From: an uncultured Candidatus Entotheonella sp.
GTDB taxonomy: Bacteria; Tectomicrobia; Entotheonellia; Entotheonellales; Entotheonellaceae
Assembly (NCBI GenBank): GCA_965215335.1
Contig: CBDCDA010000001.1
Span: 1,568,001-1,632,000 of the forward strand
Length of the DNA: 64,000 nt
Direction: 5' to 3'
The translations under genes were made by a program, and so were the position numbers. Under the pieces are notes generated by a model that saw nothing but the letters and a program-made list of their open reading frames with translations, ran no database searches and had not been told where the DNA came from. Position 1 is the first letter of the stretch, and each line of letters begins with the position of its first letter. Shown piece after piece: positions 19,757 through 30,152 of this stretch.

Positions 19757-20812
19757 CTAGCCCTGGGTAAGGATTTTGCTGACGAGTTGTGCGGTGTAAT
19801 CAACAACGGCCATGACACGCGGATAGGCCATGCGTTTGGGACCGAGGACACCGAGGACGCCGATCGTGCGGTCGGCGTAGGTGTAGGTATGGGTGACGAA
19901 GCTGCATTCGTGAATGTCCTTGAAGGGGGTTTCCGAGCCGATAACGACATTCACGCCGATTTCCTCAAGACATTTGTCGAGCACGCTGATCAACCGACTC
20001 TTTTCTTCAAACGCCGCGAAGAGGTCCTTCATCTGATCGACATTTGAAGCAAACTCGGGCTGATCGAGGATATTGACCGTGCCGCCCAGATAAATGTCGC
20101 TCTCGCTTTCCACGGCACCGGCAAACGTTTTTTCGCCCACGTGCATTGCTTGCCGAACGAGGTTGTCGTATTGCGCTTTTTCCTCCTGCATGCGTTCGAG
20201 CACCTGGCGGCGAATCTCACGAAGCGGCTGATTGGCAAACTCATGATTGAGATAATTGGAGATGTGATGGAGGTCGTCCTGACTCAACTCTTCGTCGAGC
20301 ATGATCAGCTTGTTCTGGACCATACCGGATTCCATGACGAAGATCGCCAGGACCTGTCGGTCGCGGATTTTGACAAACTCGATGCGTTTGAAAATCGTGG
20401 TCGTGAACGTGCGAAGGACGACCCCGGCGTACTGCGTGACCTCCGAGAGCAAACGGGAGGTTTCCGCCATTACTTCGTCGACTTCGCCGCGATAAAGCGT
20501 GTAGCGCTGCGAGATACGGGCGGAATCCTCACTGCTGAGAACATCGAGGTCGTTCAGGTGATTGACGTAAAACCGGTAGCCTTTGTCGGTAGGAATGCGT
20601 CCTGCGGAGGTATGCGGCTGCTCCAGAAATCCGAGGTCCTCGAGGTCGGACATCACGTTGCGAATGGTCGCCGGACTCAAGCCGAAATCGAAGCGTTTCG
20701 AGATCGTCCGCGAACCGATGGGCTCGGCGTTCTGAATGAAACAATGCACGATGGCCGTCAAAATGCTTTGTGTGCGCCCATCCAAGGCTTCGAGCTCTGG
20801 CGTCTGAGGCAT
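19757..20812 (-). CDS. hrcA: Heat-inducible transcription repressor
   Basis: EPIGSRT, SPATIRNVMSDLE, QPHTSAGRIPTDKGYRFYV, GVLGPKRMAY; start at ATG 20812 approximate. Confidence 0.95.
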   Translation of the reverse strand: MPQTPELEALDGRTQSILTAIVHCFIQNAEPIGSRTISKRFDFGLSPATIRNVMSDLEDLGFLEQPHTSAGRIPTDKGYRFYVNHLNDLDVLSSEDSARISQRYTLYRGEVDEVMAETSRLLSEVTQYAGVVLRTFTTTIFKRIEFVKIRDRQVLAIFVMESGMVQNKLIMLDEELSQDDLHHISNYLNHEFANQPLREIRRQVLERMQEEKAQYDNLVRQAMHVGEKTFAGAVESESDIYLGGTVNILDQPEFASNVDQMKDLFAAFEEKSRLISVLDKCLEEIGVNVVIGSETPFKDIHECSFVTHTYTYADRTIGVLGVLGPKRMAYPRVMAVVDYTAQLVSKILTQG

Positions 20813-20855
20813 CAATTCCCCTGCCGCTAACGAATTCAAGAGCGAAGGACGCGCC

Positions 20856-20883
20856 ATTATACCCGTCAATGTTTCAACCGCAA
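20856..20883 (-). promoter_or_regulatory. Putative sigma70 promoter for hrcA
   Basis: Minus strand TTGCGG-16 nt-TATAAT, with a perfect -10 box. Confidence 0.5.
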
Positions 20884-21035
20884 GGACGGTCGTGAACAAT
20901 TTTCTGACGGTCGTCTTGGAGGGTGGTTTGCGCGACGCAATCCTTGCCCGCAGTACTCCGTGTCGGGATGACAGGAGGCGGTTTGCCGTGCTATCTTGGC
21001 CGTATCCTCACCCATTACAGGCACAAGGAGCGGTG

Positions 21036-22037
21036 GTGAGTTTTGAGGGCATTCTGGGGCAGGAACGAGCCGTCACGCAGTTGCGAAAAGCGCTGCAAGG
21101 TGACCGCTTGGCGCATGCCTATCTGTTCTATGGCCCCAACGGTACGGGTAAGAAACTCGCGGCCCTGCAATTCACCAAGGCCCTGTATTGCACCGCTGTC
21201 ACCGCCGCTGCCTGCGGTGCCTGCGCAACATGCCACAAGATTGCCAACCGCAACCATCCCGATGTGCTGCTGATCGAGCCGGAGGGTGCCTCGATCAGGA
21301 TCGAAGCCATTCGTATGATCCAGAATCGCCTCAGCTACAGGCCCTATGAAAGCCAGCGCACCGCGATTATCATCGACGGGTGTGAGTTGCTGACCCTGCC
21401 GGCGTCACACGCCCTTTTGAAGACGCTGGAGGAGCCGCCCGGTAACGCGCTGTTGTTGTTGTTGGCCGGCAGGAAGGAGGCGCTGCCGCTGACCATCATT
21501 TCGCGCTGTCAGCTCCTGCCCTTTCAGCCCCTTGCCCCGCAACACATCGCGAGCATTCTTTCGCGGCGGGGGGTGGGTGCCGAGACGGCGAGGGCCGCCG
21601 CTTCGTTGGTGGAAGGCAGCCTGGATGCGTTTGCGGAAACGGCTCCCGCGCAGATACTCGCCAAGCGACAGGCGGCGTATACCCTGTTGTCCGATGCGTT
21701 AGACGCCAAGGATCCCGGTCTTTTCAGCAAGGCGAGACAGTTTGCCGGCAAACGGGAGCAGTGCGAGGGGTTGTTGCGATGGCTTGAGCTGCTGTGCCGG
21801 GACATGGTGCTGCTTAAAGTCGCCCCGACGGCACCGCTTCATAACCAGGATGTGCGTGCGGAGTTGAATGAGCTGGCACGTCCGTTGACGCACGAACGGC
21901 TGCTCGACACGTGTGACCTCATTGAGCAACTTCGCCATTACCTCGCCCTGAACGTCAATCCCCAGCTTATCTTTGAGCGTCTGTTGGTCCACCTGCAGCA
22001 GACCTTGAGCGGAGCGGCAGCGACACACCCGGCTTAG
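21036..22037 (+). CDS. holB: DNA polymerase III subunit delta-prime
   Basis: HAYLFYGPNGTGK, CxxC zinc motif with HPDV, ALLKTLEEPP, TIISRCQ; AAGGAG RBS before GTG 21036. Confidence 0.92.
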   Translation: MSFEGILGQERAVTQLRKALQGDRLAHAYLFYGPNGTGKKLAALQFTKALYCTAVTAAACGACATCHKIANRNHPDVLLIEPEGASIRIEAIRMIQNRLSYRPYESQRTAIIIDGCELLTLPASHALLKTLEEPPGNALLLLLAGRKEALPLTIISRCQLLPFQPLAPQHIASILSRRGVGAETARAAASLVEGSLDAFAETAPAQILAKRQAAYTLLSDALDAKDPGLFSKARQFAGKREQCEGLLRWLELLCRDMVLLKVAPTAPLHNQDVRAELNELARPLTHERLLDTCDLIEQLRHYLALNVNPQLIFERLLVHLQQTLSGAAATHPA

Positions 22038-22609
22038 CAGGTGTCTTCGCAAGTCAGCACACCCTGTTCGGTCACCAGCGACTGCATGCGGACGTCGTGT
22101 GGCATGTCGGGCACATGCTGGACGATCTGCAACGAGAAGGCCAAACCGCACACGTGCGTCGTGGCAGGGAGCCGGCACAGGAAGCGGTCGTAATAACCTT
22201 TCCCGAATCCCAATCGTGCACCGCGGCGGTCAAAGGCGATGCCAGGGACTATGACGCAGTTGATGTCTTGGGGGGATATCGTTGCCGTGCTGACGGCGGG
22301 TTCAAGAATGCCGAAAGGACCCGGCTGAAATTGTAGTTGGCCCGCCGGCAGTTCCACAGCAACGAGCCCGTGCGGCTTTACAACGGGAACCGTTATCCGC
22401 TTTCCCTGATACAGGCTTGCCGCGAGGATTGCCGCGGTTTGTACCTCCTGCGGCAACGCCATGTAAAGCATGACCGTCTGGCTATCCCGAAAAGCTGGCA
22501 TGGCGCAAACATGCTTGGCGATTGTGGCGCTCATTTGGCGGCGTTTCACCGTCGTCAGGACCGCTCGTCGGGCCAGGCACGATGCACGCAGCCGCGCTTT
22601 GGTGAACAT
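22034..22609 (-). CDS. 5-formyltetrahydrofolate cyclo-ligase
   Basis: EVQT, FGILEP, VPGIAFDRRGARLGFGKGYYDRFL, HDVRM. Confidence 0.93.
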   Translation of the reverse strand: MFTKARLRASCLARRAVLTTVKRRQMSATIAKHVCAMPAFRDSQTVMLYMALPQEVQTAAILAASLYQGKRITVPVVKPHGLVAVELPAGQLQFQPGPFGILEPAVSTATISPQDINCVIVPGIAFDRRGARLGFGKGYYDRFLCRLPATTHVCGLAFSLQIVQHVPDMPHDVRMQSLVTEQGVLTCEDTC

Positions 22610-22734
22610 GGTTCGTATTCGATGTCTTGGTTTTACAAAGCGTTGTGCAGGCGGGGATGGAGATGGTTCCGAACTGGAAGCGGGACCATTCCTAGAGGCT
22701 CAGGGCGATCCGCGGCTGAGGAGGAAACCAGGGT
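22610..22734 (-). ncRNA. Possible short or divergent 6S RNA (positional call only)
   Basis: Occupies the conserved zapA-[6S]-5-FTHF cyclo-ligase slot and has an ATGGTCCCG...CGGAACCAT hairpin, but is only ~125 nt long. Confidence 0.25.
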
Positions 22735-23025
22735 TTAGTTCGTTGTCAGTTGTTGTTTGATTGCCGAGATGAGCCGGTCGGCCTTCGCGTCTATAAGCTG
22801 CGAGGCGCGGTCCAAGTCATCCTGGAGTTTGAAGAGATCATCGGCAATGTTGAGGGCAGCCAGGACGGCCAAGCGATTGAATGGTACGGACGGATTTACG
22901 TCAGCGATAGCGCGGATTCTCTCATCGACGTGCGTTGCCAACCGTTGCATGTAGTCGGATTCCGCCACCCCGGCGGAAAGCCGGAACGTCTGACCGAATA
23001 TCTCGACTTTAACGTCCTCTGTCAT
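22735..23025 (-). CDS. zapA: Cell division protein ZapA
   Basis: VEIFGQTF, LATHVDERI, LAVLAALNIADD. Confidence 0.92.
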   Translation of the reverse strand: MTEDVKVEIFGQTFRLSAGVAESDYMQRLATHVDERIRAIADVNPSVPFNRLAVLAALNIADDLFKLQDDLDRASQLIDAKADRLISAIKQQLTTN

Positions 23026-23052
23026 ATCGAGCCTCCGCCGGTTGCCCGAATC

Positions 23053-23373
23053 CTAACCCGTCTCACGCCGATGGGAGGAATTCTCGAGCTGCTCGACAAT
23101 CTGCAGCAACTCCTGGAGCTTCTTATGTACGACAAACCGTTCCTGTTGCAGATCCTGCACCACCGTACGCAATTGCGTGAGCTTTCCCCGCGTGTTTTGC
23201 AGGCCGGTGATACGCTTTTCCTGGACTGACGCATTGGTCTGCAATTGCCCGATCTCGGCCTGCAATTGCTTGATCCCGGTCTGCAGTTGCCCGTTTTCCC
23301 GTTTCAAACGATCATAGGACAAAAGCAACCGCTCAACCTGAGCTTCGAGTATGATGAACTGGTCCACATCCAT
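23053..23373 (-). CDS. ZapB-like coiled-coil protein
   Basis: LEAQVERLL...LKREN heptad coiled coil directly upstream of zapA. Confidence 0.7.
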   Translation of the reverse strand: MDVDQFIILEAQVERLLLSYDRLKRENGQLQTGIKQLQAEIGQLQTNASVQEKRITGLQNTRGKLTQLRTVVQDLQQERFVVHKKLQELLQIVEQLENSSHRRETG

Positions 23374-23389
23374 TCGAGAGCCTCAAATG

Positions 23390-23411
23390 TCACAAGGCAG
23401 GCGCCTTGTGA
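23390..23411. other. Perfect 9-bp stem hairpin between rplT and the zapB-like gene
   Basis: TCACAAGGC-AGGC-GCCTTGTGA; no clear U-tract, so function unassigned. Confidence 0.4.
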
Positions 23412-23535
23412 TTCGACGACTTGCCATCCCGCCAAGCCAGCTTATGGCTTCTTTACCGAATAGGGCCATGAACTCTGATGCCCAAGCGCCCGAAGGCGGT
23501 CAAACGGATGGCGGAATAAATTGACAAACACCCTC

Positions 23536-23892
23536 TCAGGGCAGGTGCTTCTTGGCAAGCGCCGCCACCTCGGCAAACGCTTCGGGCTCGTGCAGGGCCA
23601 CGGACGCCAAAACCCGGCGGTCGAGGTCAACATTGGCCAGCTTGAGGCCGGACATGAACTTGCTGTAGGTCAGCCCGTGCATGCGCGCCGCAGCATTGAT
23701 GCGGATAATCCACAATCGGCGAAAGTCTCTCTTGCGAGCCTTGCGATCACGATAGGCGAACTTCCAACCGCGCTCGACCGTCTCGCGAGCCCGCCGGTAC
23801 AAATTACCACGACCGCCTCGGTTGCCCTTTGCGTGTTGCAACAAACGCTTATGGCGCCGATGCGTGACTGAACCACTCGTTGCTCGCGGCAT
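23536..23892 (-). CDS. rplT: 50S ribosomal protein L20
   Basis: AYRDRKARKRDFRRLWIIRINAAAR, LDRRVLA. Confidence 0.97.
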   Translation of the reverse strand: MPRATSGSVTHRRHKRLLQHAKGNRGGRGNLYRRARETVERGWKFAYRDRKARKRDFRRLWIIRINAAARMHGLTYSKFMSGLKLANVDLDRRVLASVALHEPEAFAEVAALAKKHLP

Positions 23893-23929
23893 GATTCTTT
23901 TTTTCCTGTCTTGTGACGGTGAAGGAAAC

Positions 23930-24124
23930 TCAAACGAGAAGGAGGCGTTTCATACGCCGGCTGTCGGCAGCGGATACCAGGGTGGATTGACGAAGGCCAC
24001 GTTTTCGTTTGCGCGTCTTTATGGCCAGTTTGTGACGCTTATAGGCGTGAGCGCGTCGTATATTGCCCCGCGCGGTGAAGGAGAAGCGTTTTCTGGCGCT
24101 TCGATTGCTCTTCATCTTTGGCAT
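23930..24124 (-). CDS. rpmI: 50S ribosomal protein L35
   Basis: MPKMKSNRSARKRF...RHKL..KTRKRKRGLR; lies between infC and rplT. Confidence 0.95.
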   Translation of the reverse strand: MPKMKSNRSARKRFSFTARGNIRRAHAYKRHKLAIKTRKRKRGLRQSTLVSAADSRRMKRLLLV

Positions 24125-24161
24125 CAACTCATCCCTCAAACAACAAGACACCATCAAGCGC

Positions 24162-24674
24162 TCAGGACGACCGCGGGCTCAGAACCATCGCCAGATTGCG
24201 GCCTTCCTGTTTGGGTGTCTGCTCGACGGTGCTTACGTCCTCCAACTCTCCGGCCATACGGTCCAGTATGCGCCGGCCCAGCTCGGTATGGGCCATCTCA
24301 CGGCCTCGAAAGACGATGGTGACCTTCGCCTTGTGTCCGTCCTGAAGAAAACGTCGTACGTGTTGGCTTTTGAAGTTGTAGTCGTGTTCTTCGGTCTTCG
24401 GCCGCAACTTGATTTCTTTTACAAGAATGACCTTCTGTTTTTTCTTCGCCTGCTGGAGGCGTTTACTCTGCTGGTATTTGTACTTGCCGTAATCCATGAT
24501 TCGGCAGACGGGCGGCTTTTCGTTCGGAGCGACCTCAACCAGATCCAGGCCGTGCTCTTCAGCCATCTGTAAGGCGTCCGGCGTCGCTATGATTCCCAAT
24601 TGGGCGCCTTCCTGGCCAATGACCCGAACCTCCGGAACCCGAATCATTCTGTTAACGCGCTGCTGCTTAGATAT
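24162..24674 (-). CDS. infC: Translation initiation factor IF-3 (non-canonical start)
   Basis: LDLVEVAP, PPVCRIMDYGKYKY, KEIKLRP, FRGRE. GAGGAG RBS at 24689-24684 is followed by in-frame ATT (24680) and ATA (24674). Confidence 0.95.
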   Translation of the reverse strand: MSKQQRVNRMIRVPEVRVIGQEGAQLGIIATPDALQMAEEHGLDLVEVAPNEKPPVCRIMDYGKYKYQQSKRLQQAKKKQKVILVKEIKLRPKTEEHDYNFKSQHVRRFLQDGHKAKVTIVFRGREMAHTELGRRILDRMAGELEDVSTVEQTPKQEGRNLAMVLSPRSS

Positions 24675-24818
24675 AGCAATCTGCTCCTCAAGGCCGAGGT
24701 ACATAAATCGAAAGACGCCTCGGCCTGCTCAGGTCGCCCTGCGTAGCCGACCCGCGACGCCTTGACCGCATCTTCTCCTTTGCGATGCGCGCTGTTCGAG
24801 AACCGTGTGGGTTTGGAA

Positions 24819-24890
24819 TAGGCACGGGCGGTTTTGAACCGCCGACCTCTTGCGCGTCAAGCAAGCGCTCTCCCCCTGAGCTACGTGCCT
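24819..24890 (-). tRNA. tRNA-Val(GAC)
   Basis: AGGCACG/CGTGCCT acceptor stem, TAGCTCAG D-arm, CTTGC-TT GAC GC-GCAAG anticodon arm, GGTTCAAA T-loop; CCA is not encoded right after the discriminator A. Confidence 0.95.
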
Positions 24891-24907
24891 TATGAAAAGC
24901 GGGGCTG

Positions 24908-24936
24908 AGAGTACCGTTGGCAAAAATGCTTGTCAA
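24908..24936 (-). promoter_or_regulatory. Sigma70 promoter for tRNA-Val and probably infC-rpmI-rplT
   Basis: Minus strand TTGACA-17 nt-TACTCT, followed by a GC-rich discriminator. Confidence 0.75.
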
Positions 24937-25164
24937 GCGAAAACGCGGCGTCCGCAAAGGACTGCAAACAATCCGAAGTGCGATGTTCTCGTGGTGGGCT
25001 CGCCGCACAGGATTTCAACGTCGCGGTTCGGGAAATTCATCGGAGGGTTCTTGGCTTCGGTCACTGCCGGACCTTGCCTCATATGGATTCGTTTTGCCTG
25101 TCAAGGAGAAGCTGCAAAGTTACGTCACCGAAGCTCCTCATGTCAACAGACCTGGGCTTGCACA

Positions 25165-25297
25165 CAGGGTAAGCGCATATGGCATTATCCGGGGCCAGTC
25201 CGCTTCCGTCGAGCCCTTACCGCGACGGAATGTCAAAGGGTAACTCGAGGAACTGCTGGAACCAGACGCATGGCAATACTCATATGCGCTTACCCTG
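25165..25297. mobile_element. 133-bp MITE, ISAs1-family type
   Basis: Perfect 17-bp TIR CAGGGTAAGCGCATATG / CATATGCGCTTACCCTG; exact 10-bp flanking duplication GGCTTGCACA (25155-25164, 25298-25307); no transposase inside. Confidence 0.9.
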
Positions 25298-25333
25298 GGC
25301 TTGCACAGAGCGGACGCTCACCATCCGACGTTT

Positions 25334-27484
<2,151 letters not shown>

Positions 27485-27517
27485 CTGCTTCCTTTCACAA
27501 GGCCATGCGGTGAGGCG

Positions 27518-28108
27518 TCAATTGTCGGATAACGGTGCCCGCACCAGACGCGCCCGCGCCAGGCGCCAGAGTGGTGGCAGACAGAGGTAGGCAACGAGAC
27601 ATGCATCGAGCGTCAACTCGAGAACGGCGAACTGCGTGCCGTAATGGCGACTGTCCCAATAACTGACAGGGCTTTCAAAACGGATCGTCCACTCGAACGG
27701 GAAGAACAGCAGCGGGCCGTCATCGACATGCGTCAGCACGTCCACGAAACTATGCAGCAGGCAGGCTGCCAGAAACCAGCGCAGCCAGCGCCGCGACGTC
27801 TGCGGCAGACCTTGGAGGCGCCACAGCACGACCAGGGCGAGGCTCAACACGGTCGGGGAATGCAGCAGATTGTGGGCGGCGATCCAGGACGGGTTGTGAA
27901 AATACAGCGTGTCGAACAGGTGGCGCCACGTCGCCTCGGCGCTCCAGCCCAGCAGATAGCGGAAGTGGATGGCGCCGCCGAGGGACAGCAGGTACAGCGC
28001 GATGTCGGGCGCCACCGAGCCGAGCAGGCAGGCGCCGGCAGGCGGCGGCTGGTGCTTCCAGGCGCGGCGCAGGGCGGCGGTCATGAGAAAATGTGACGGT
28101 GTGTTCAT
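27518..28108 (-). CDS. Membrane-bound metal-dependent hydrolase (YdjM-like)
   Basis: MNTPSH, GSVAPD, HNLLHS, LHSFVDVLTHVDDG with hydrophobic helices. Confidence 0.7.
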   Translation of the reverse strand: MNTPSHFLMTAALRRAWKHQPPPAGACLLGSVAPDIALYLLSLGGAIHFRYLLGWSAEATWRHLFDTLYFHNPSWIAAHNLLHSPTVLSLALVVLWRLQGLPQTSRRWLRWFLAACLLHSFVDVLTHVDDGPLLFFPFEWTIRFESPVSYWDSRHYGTQFAVLELTLDACLVAYLCLPPLWRLARARLVRAPLSDN

Positions 28109-28117
28109 CGCGTCTCC

Positions 28118-28912
28118 CTACTCCTGACCCTTCTTCAGCCACTCGCCGCCATCCACCACCAGCGTCGCGCCGGTCATGTAATCACCCGCCGGCGACGCCA
28201 GGTAGACGGCCAGATTGGCCACGTCCTGCACGGCTCCGAAACGGCCCAACGGCACGCCGTGCCGCACCTTGTCGTGGAATGCCTGGTTGGACCACAGGTT
28301 GCGATTGGCCCCCGGCGAATAGACCGGTCCCGGCGCGATTGCGTTCACCAGAACGTTGAACCTGGCCCATTCGAGGGCCAGCGTCTTGGTCATCGCCTCC
28401 ACGCCGGCCTTCGCCGCGGTGGTGGCCATGAGACCGGGCGAGCCCTTGAAATGCAGCGTCGCGGTGATGTTGATGATGCGGCCGCCGCCTTGCTCGATCA
28501 TGCGCTCGCCCACCGCCCGGCTGCAATAGAACGTGCCGTTCAGGGTCGTGTCGATCAGCGCCTGCCAGCCCCCTGGCGTGATCCTGCGTGCCGACGCCAG
28601 AAAGCTTCCCGCCGCGTTGTTGACCAGCACGTCGAGGCGCCCGAACGCATCGAGCGCGGCGGCCAGCATGGCGTCCACCTGCTGCGGCTCCCGAACGTCC
28701 GTCGCCACCGCCAGGGCGTGCCCGCCCTGTGCCGTGATTTCCGACGCCACCATGTCCAGATGCTCGCGGTTGCGGCTCGCCAGCACCACGTTCGCGCCAT
28801 AAGCCGCCATCGCGAGCGCAATGCCGCGCCCGATCCCGGTGCCCCCGCCGGTGACCAGCGCCACCCTGTCCTGCAACAGCCCGTCCGCGAAAATCCGCCG
28901 TCTTTCGCCCAC
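28118..28912 (-). CDS. SDR oxidoreductase, 2,4-dienoyl-CoA reductase-like
   Basis: TGGGTGIG, LVNNAAG, AAKAGV, LALEWA, NAIAPGP, VDGGEWL. Confidence 0.85.
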   Translation of the reverse strand: MGERRRIFADGLLQDRVALVTGGGTGIGRGIALAMAAYGANVVLASRNREHLDMVASEITAQGGHALAVATDVREPQQVDAMLAAALDAFGRLDVLVNNAAGSFLASARRITPGGWQALIDTTLNGTFYCSRAVGERMIEQGGGRIINITATLHFKGSPGLMATTAAKAGVEAMTKTLALEWARFNVLVNAIAPGPVYSPGANRNLWSNQAFHDKVRHGVPLGRFGAVQDVANLAVYLASPAGDYMTGATLVVDGGEWLKKGQE

Positions 28913-28940
28913 TCCCGGTCTCTTTCAGCCTTCCAGCCCC

Positions 28941-28969
28941 AAGTCCCCTTTACGAGGGAGGATAAAGGG
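28941..28969. repeat. Degenerate palindromic repeat (AAGTCCCC...GGGAGGAT type)
   Basis: AAGTCCCCTTTACGAGGGAGGATAAAGGG; a pyrimidine/purine-run hairpin similar in design to the other elements; intergenic. Confidence 0.3.
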
Positions 28970-29132
28970 CCAATTTCGCTTCTGGCACAGCGACATTTTA
29001 GGGTACGCGATACGGCGGGAACAAGGAGACAGGGCGGCGTATTGCCCGGCTGGGAGGGGTGCGATATGATTCCGCGGGCTTCATGCAGGGTCTGGGAACA
29101 CGCTGCAAACCACACGGCTGGGAGACGAGACG

Positions 29133-30092
29133 GTGAATTACCTCGTGACGGGCGGTACGGGTTTCGTGGGTGCCTACGCGGTGAAGGCGCTGGTCGAGGC
29201 AGGCCACCGGGTGACGGTGTTCGACCTGATGCTGAACCGGGCGTATCTGGCCGACGTGCTTGGCAGCCCGGCGGCGGACGGGGTGGCATTGATAAGCGGC
29301 GACGTGACCGACCTGCCGGCGGTGTTGCGGGCCATGAGAGGCGCGGAGGCGCAGCGGGTCGTGCACCTGGCTGCCACCCTGAGCGTCAGCAGCGAGGTCA
29401 ATCCCCGGCGCACGCTGAAGGTCAATTGCGAGGGCACGCTGAACGTCTTCGAGGCGGCGCTGGCGCTGGGTGTCAGCAAGGTCGTGTGGGCCAGCTCGGT
29501 GGCGGTGTTCGGCATTTCGGGGGAGCGCGAGGGATTCATCGAGAACAACGCCCATCACGAGCCGACCGGGCTCTACGGGGCCGTCAAGTCGTTCAACGAG
29601 CACCTCGGCATGCACTACAAGAACCAGCGCGGCCTCGACAACATCGGCCTGCGCTTCACCGTCGTCTACGGCTACGGCAAGGGCTTGACCGTAGCGCGCG
29701 GCACGGGTGCCGATTTCGTGACCGAGTTGCTGGAAAAACCGGCCATCGGCGAACCCGGCGTGATTCGCAACGGCGACGACACGCCGGATTTCCTGTATGC
29801 CGAAGACGTGGGCCGTGCCATCCGCCTGGCCACCGAGGCGCCGCCGTGCTCGCTGTCGGGTCTCACCATCTGCGGTAGCACCGGATCGATGCGGGACGCC
29901 GCGGCCTTCGTCAAACGGCTGCTGCCCGACGCCGACCTGCGGGTCGAGGACGGCCGCTCGGTCGGCACCATGAATTACGACCCCTCGGTGACCGAAGCCG
30001 CCATCGGCTACAGCCCGCAATTCACCATGCAGGACGGCTTCCGGGCCACCATTAACGCCATGCGCAAGAAGCACGGCCTGCCACCGGTTTAA
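29133..30092 (+). CDS. NAD-dependent epimerase/dehydratase family protein
   Basis: TGGTGFVG, GDVTD, VVHLAA, ASSVAVFG, YGAVK (YxxxK), GLRFTVVYG. Confidence 0.9.
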   Translation: MNYLVTGGTGFVGAYAVKALVEAGHRVTVFDLMLNRAYLADVLGSPAADGVALISGDVTDLPAVLRAMRGAEAQRVVHLAATLSVSSEVNPRRTLKVNCEGTLNVFEAALALGVSKVVWASSVAVFGISGEREGFIENNAHHEPTGLYGAVKSFNEHLGMHYKNQRGLDNIGLRFTVVYGYGKGLTVARGTGADFVTELLEKPAIGEPGVIRNGDDTPDFLYAEDVGRAIRLATEAPPCSLSGLTICGSTGSMRDAAAFVKRLLPDADLRVEDGRSVGTMNYDPSVTEAAIGYSPQFTMQDGFRATINAMRKKHGLPPV

Positions 30093-30152
30093 CCCGGACC
30101 GGCGCAGGACGAATTCAACCCCTCTCGCACGTATCTCATTGAGCAAGACACG

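Noticed and set aside
24819..25330. tRNA-anchored genomic island or prophage
   Set aside because: No integrase, no duplicated tRNA 3' end, and core genes on both sides; only the MITE is present.
28981..29000. TGGCAC as a sigma54 -24 box
   Set aside because: Lacks the TTGC -12 element at the required spacing.
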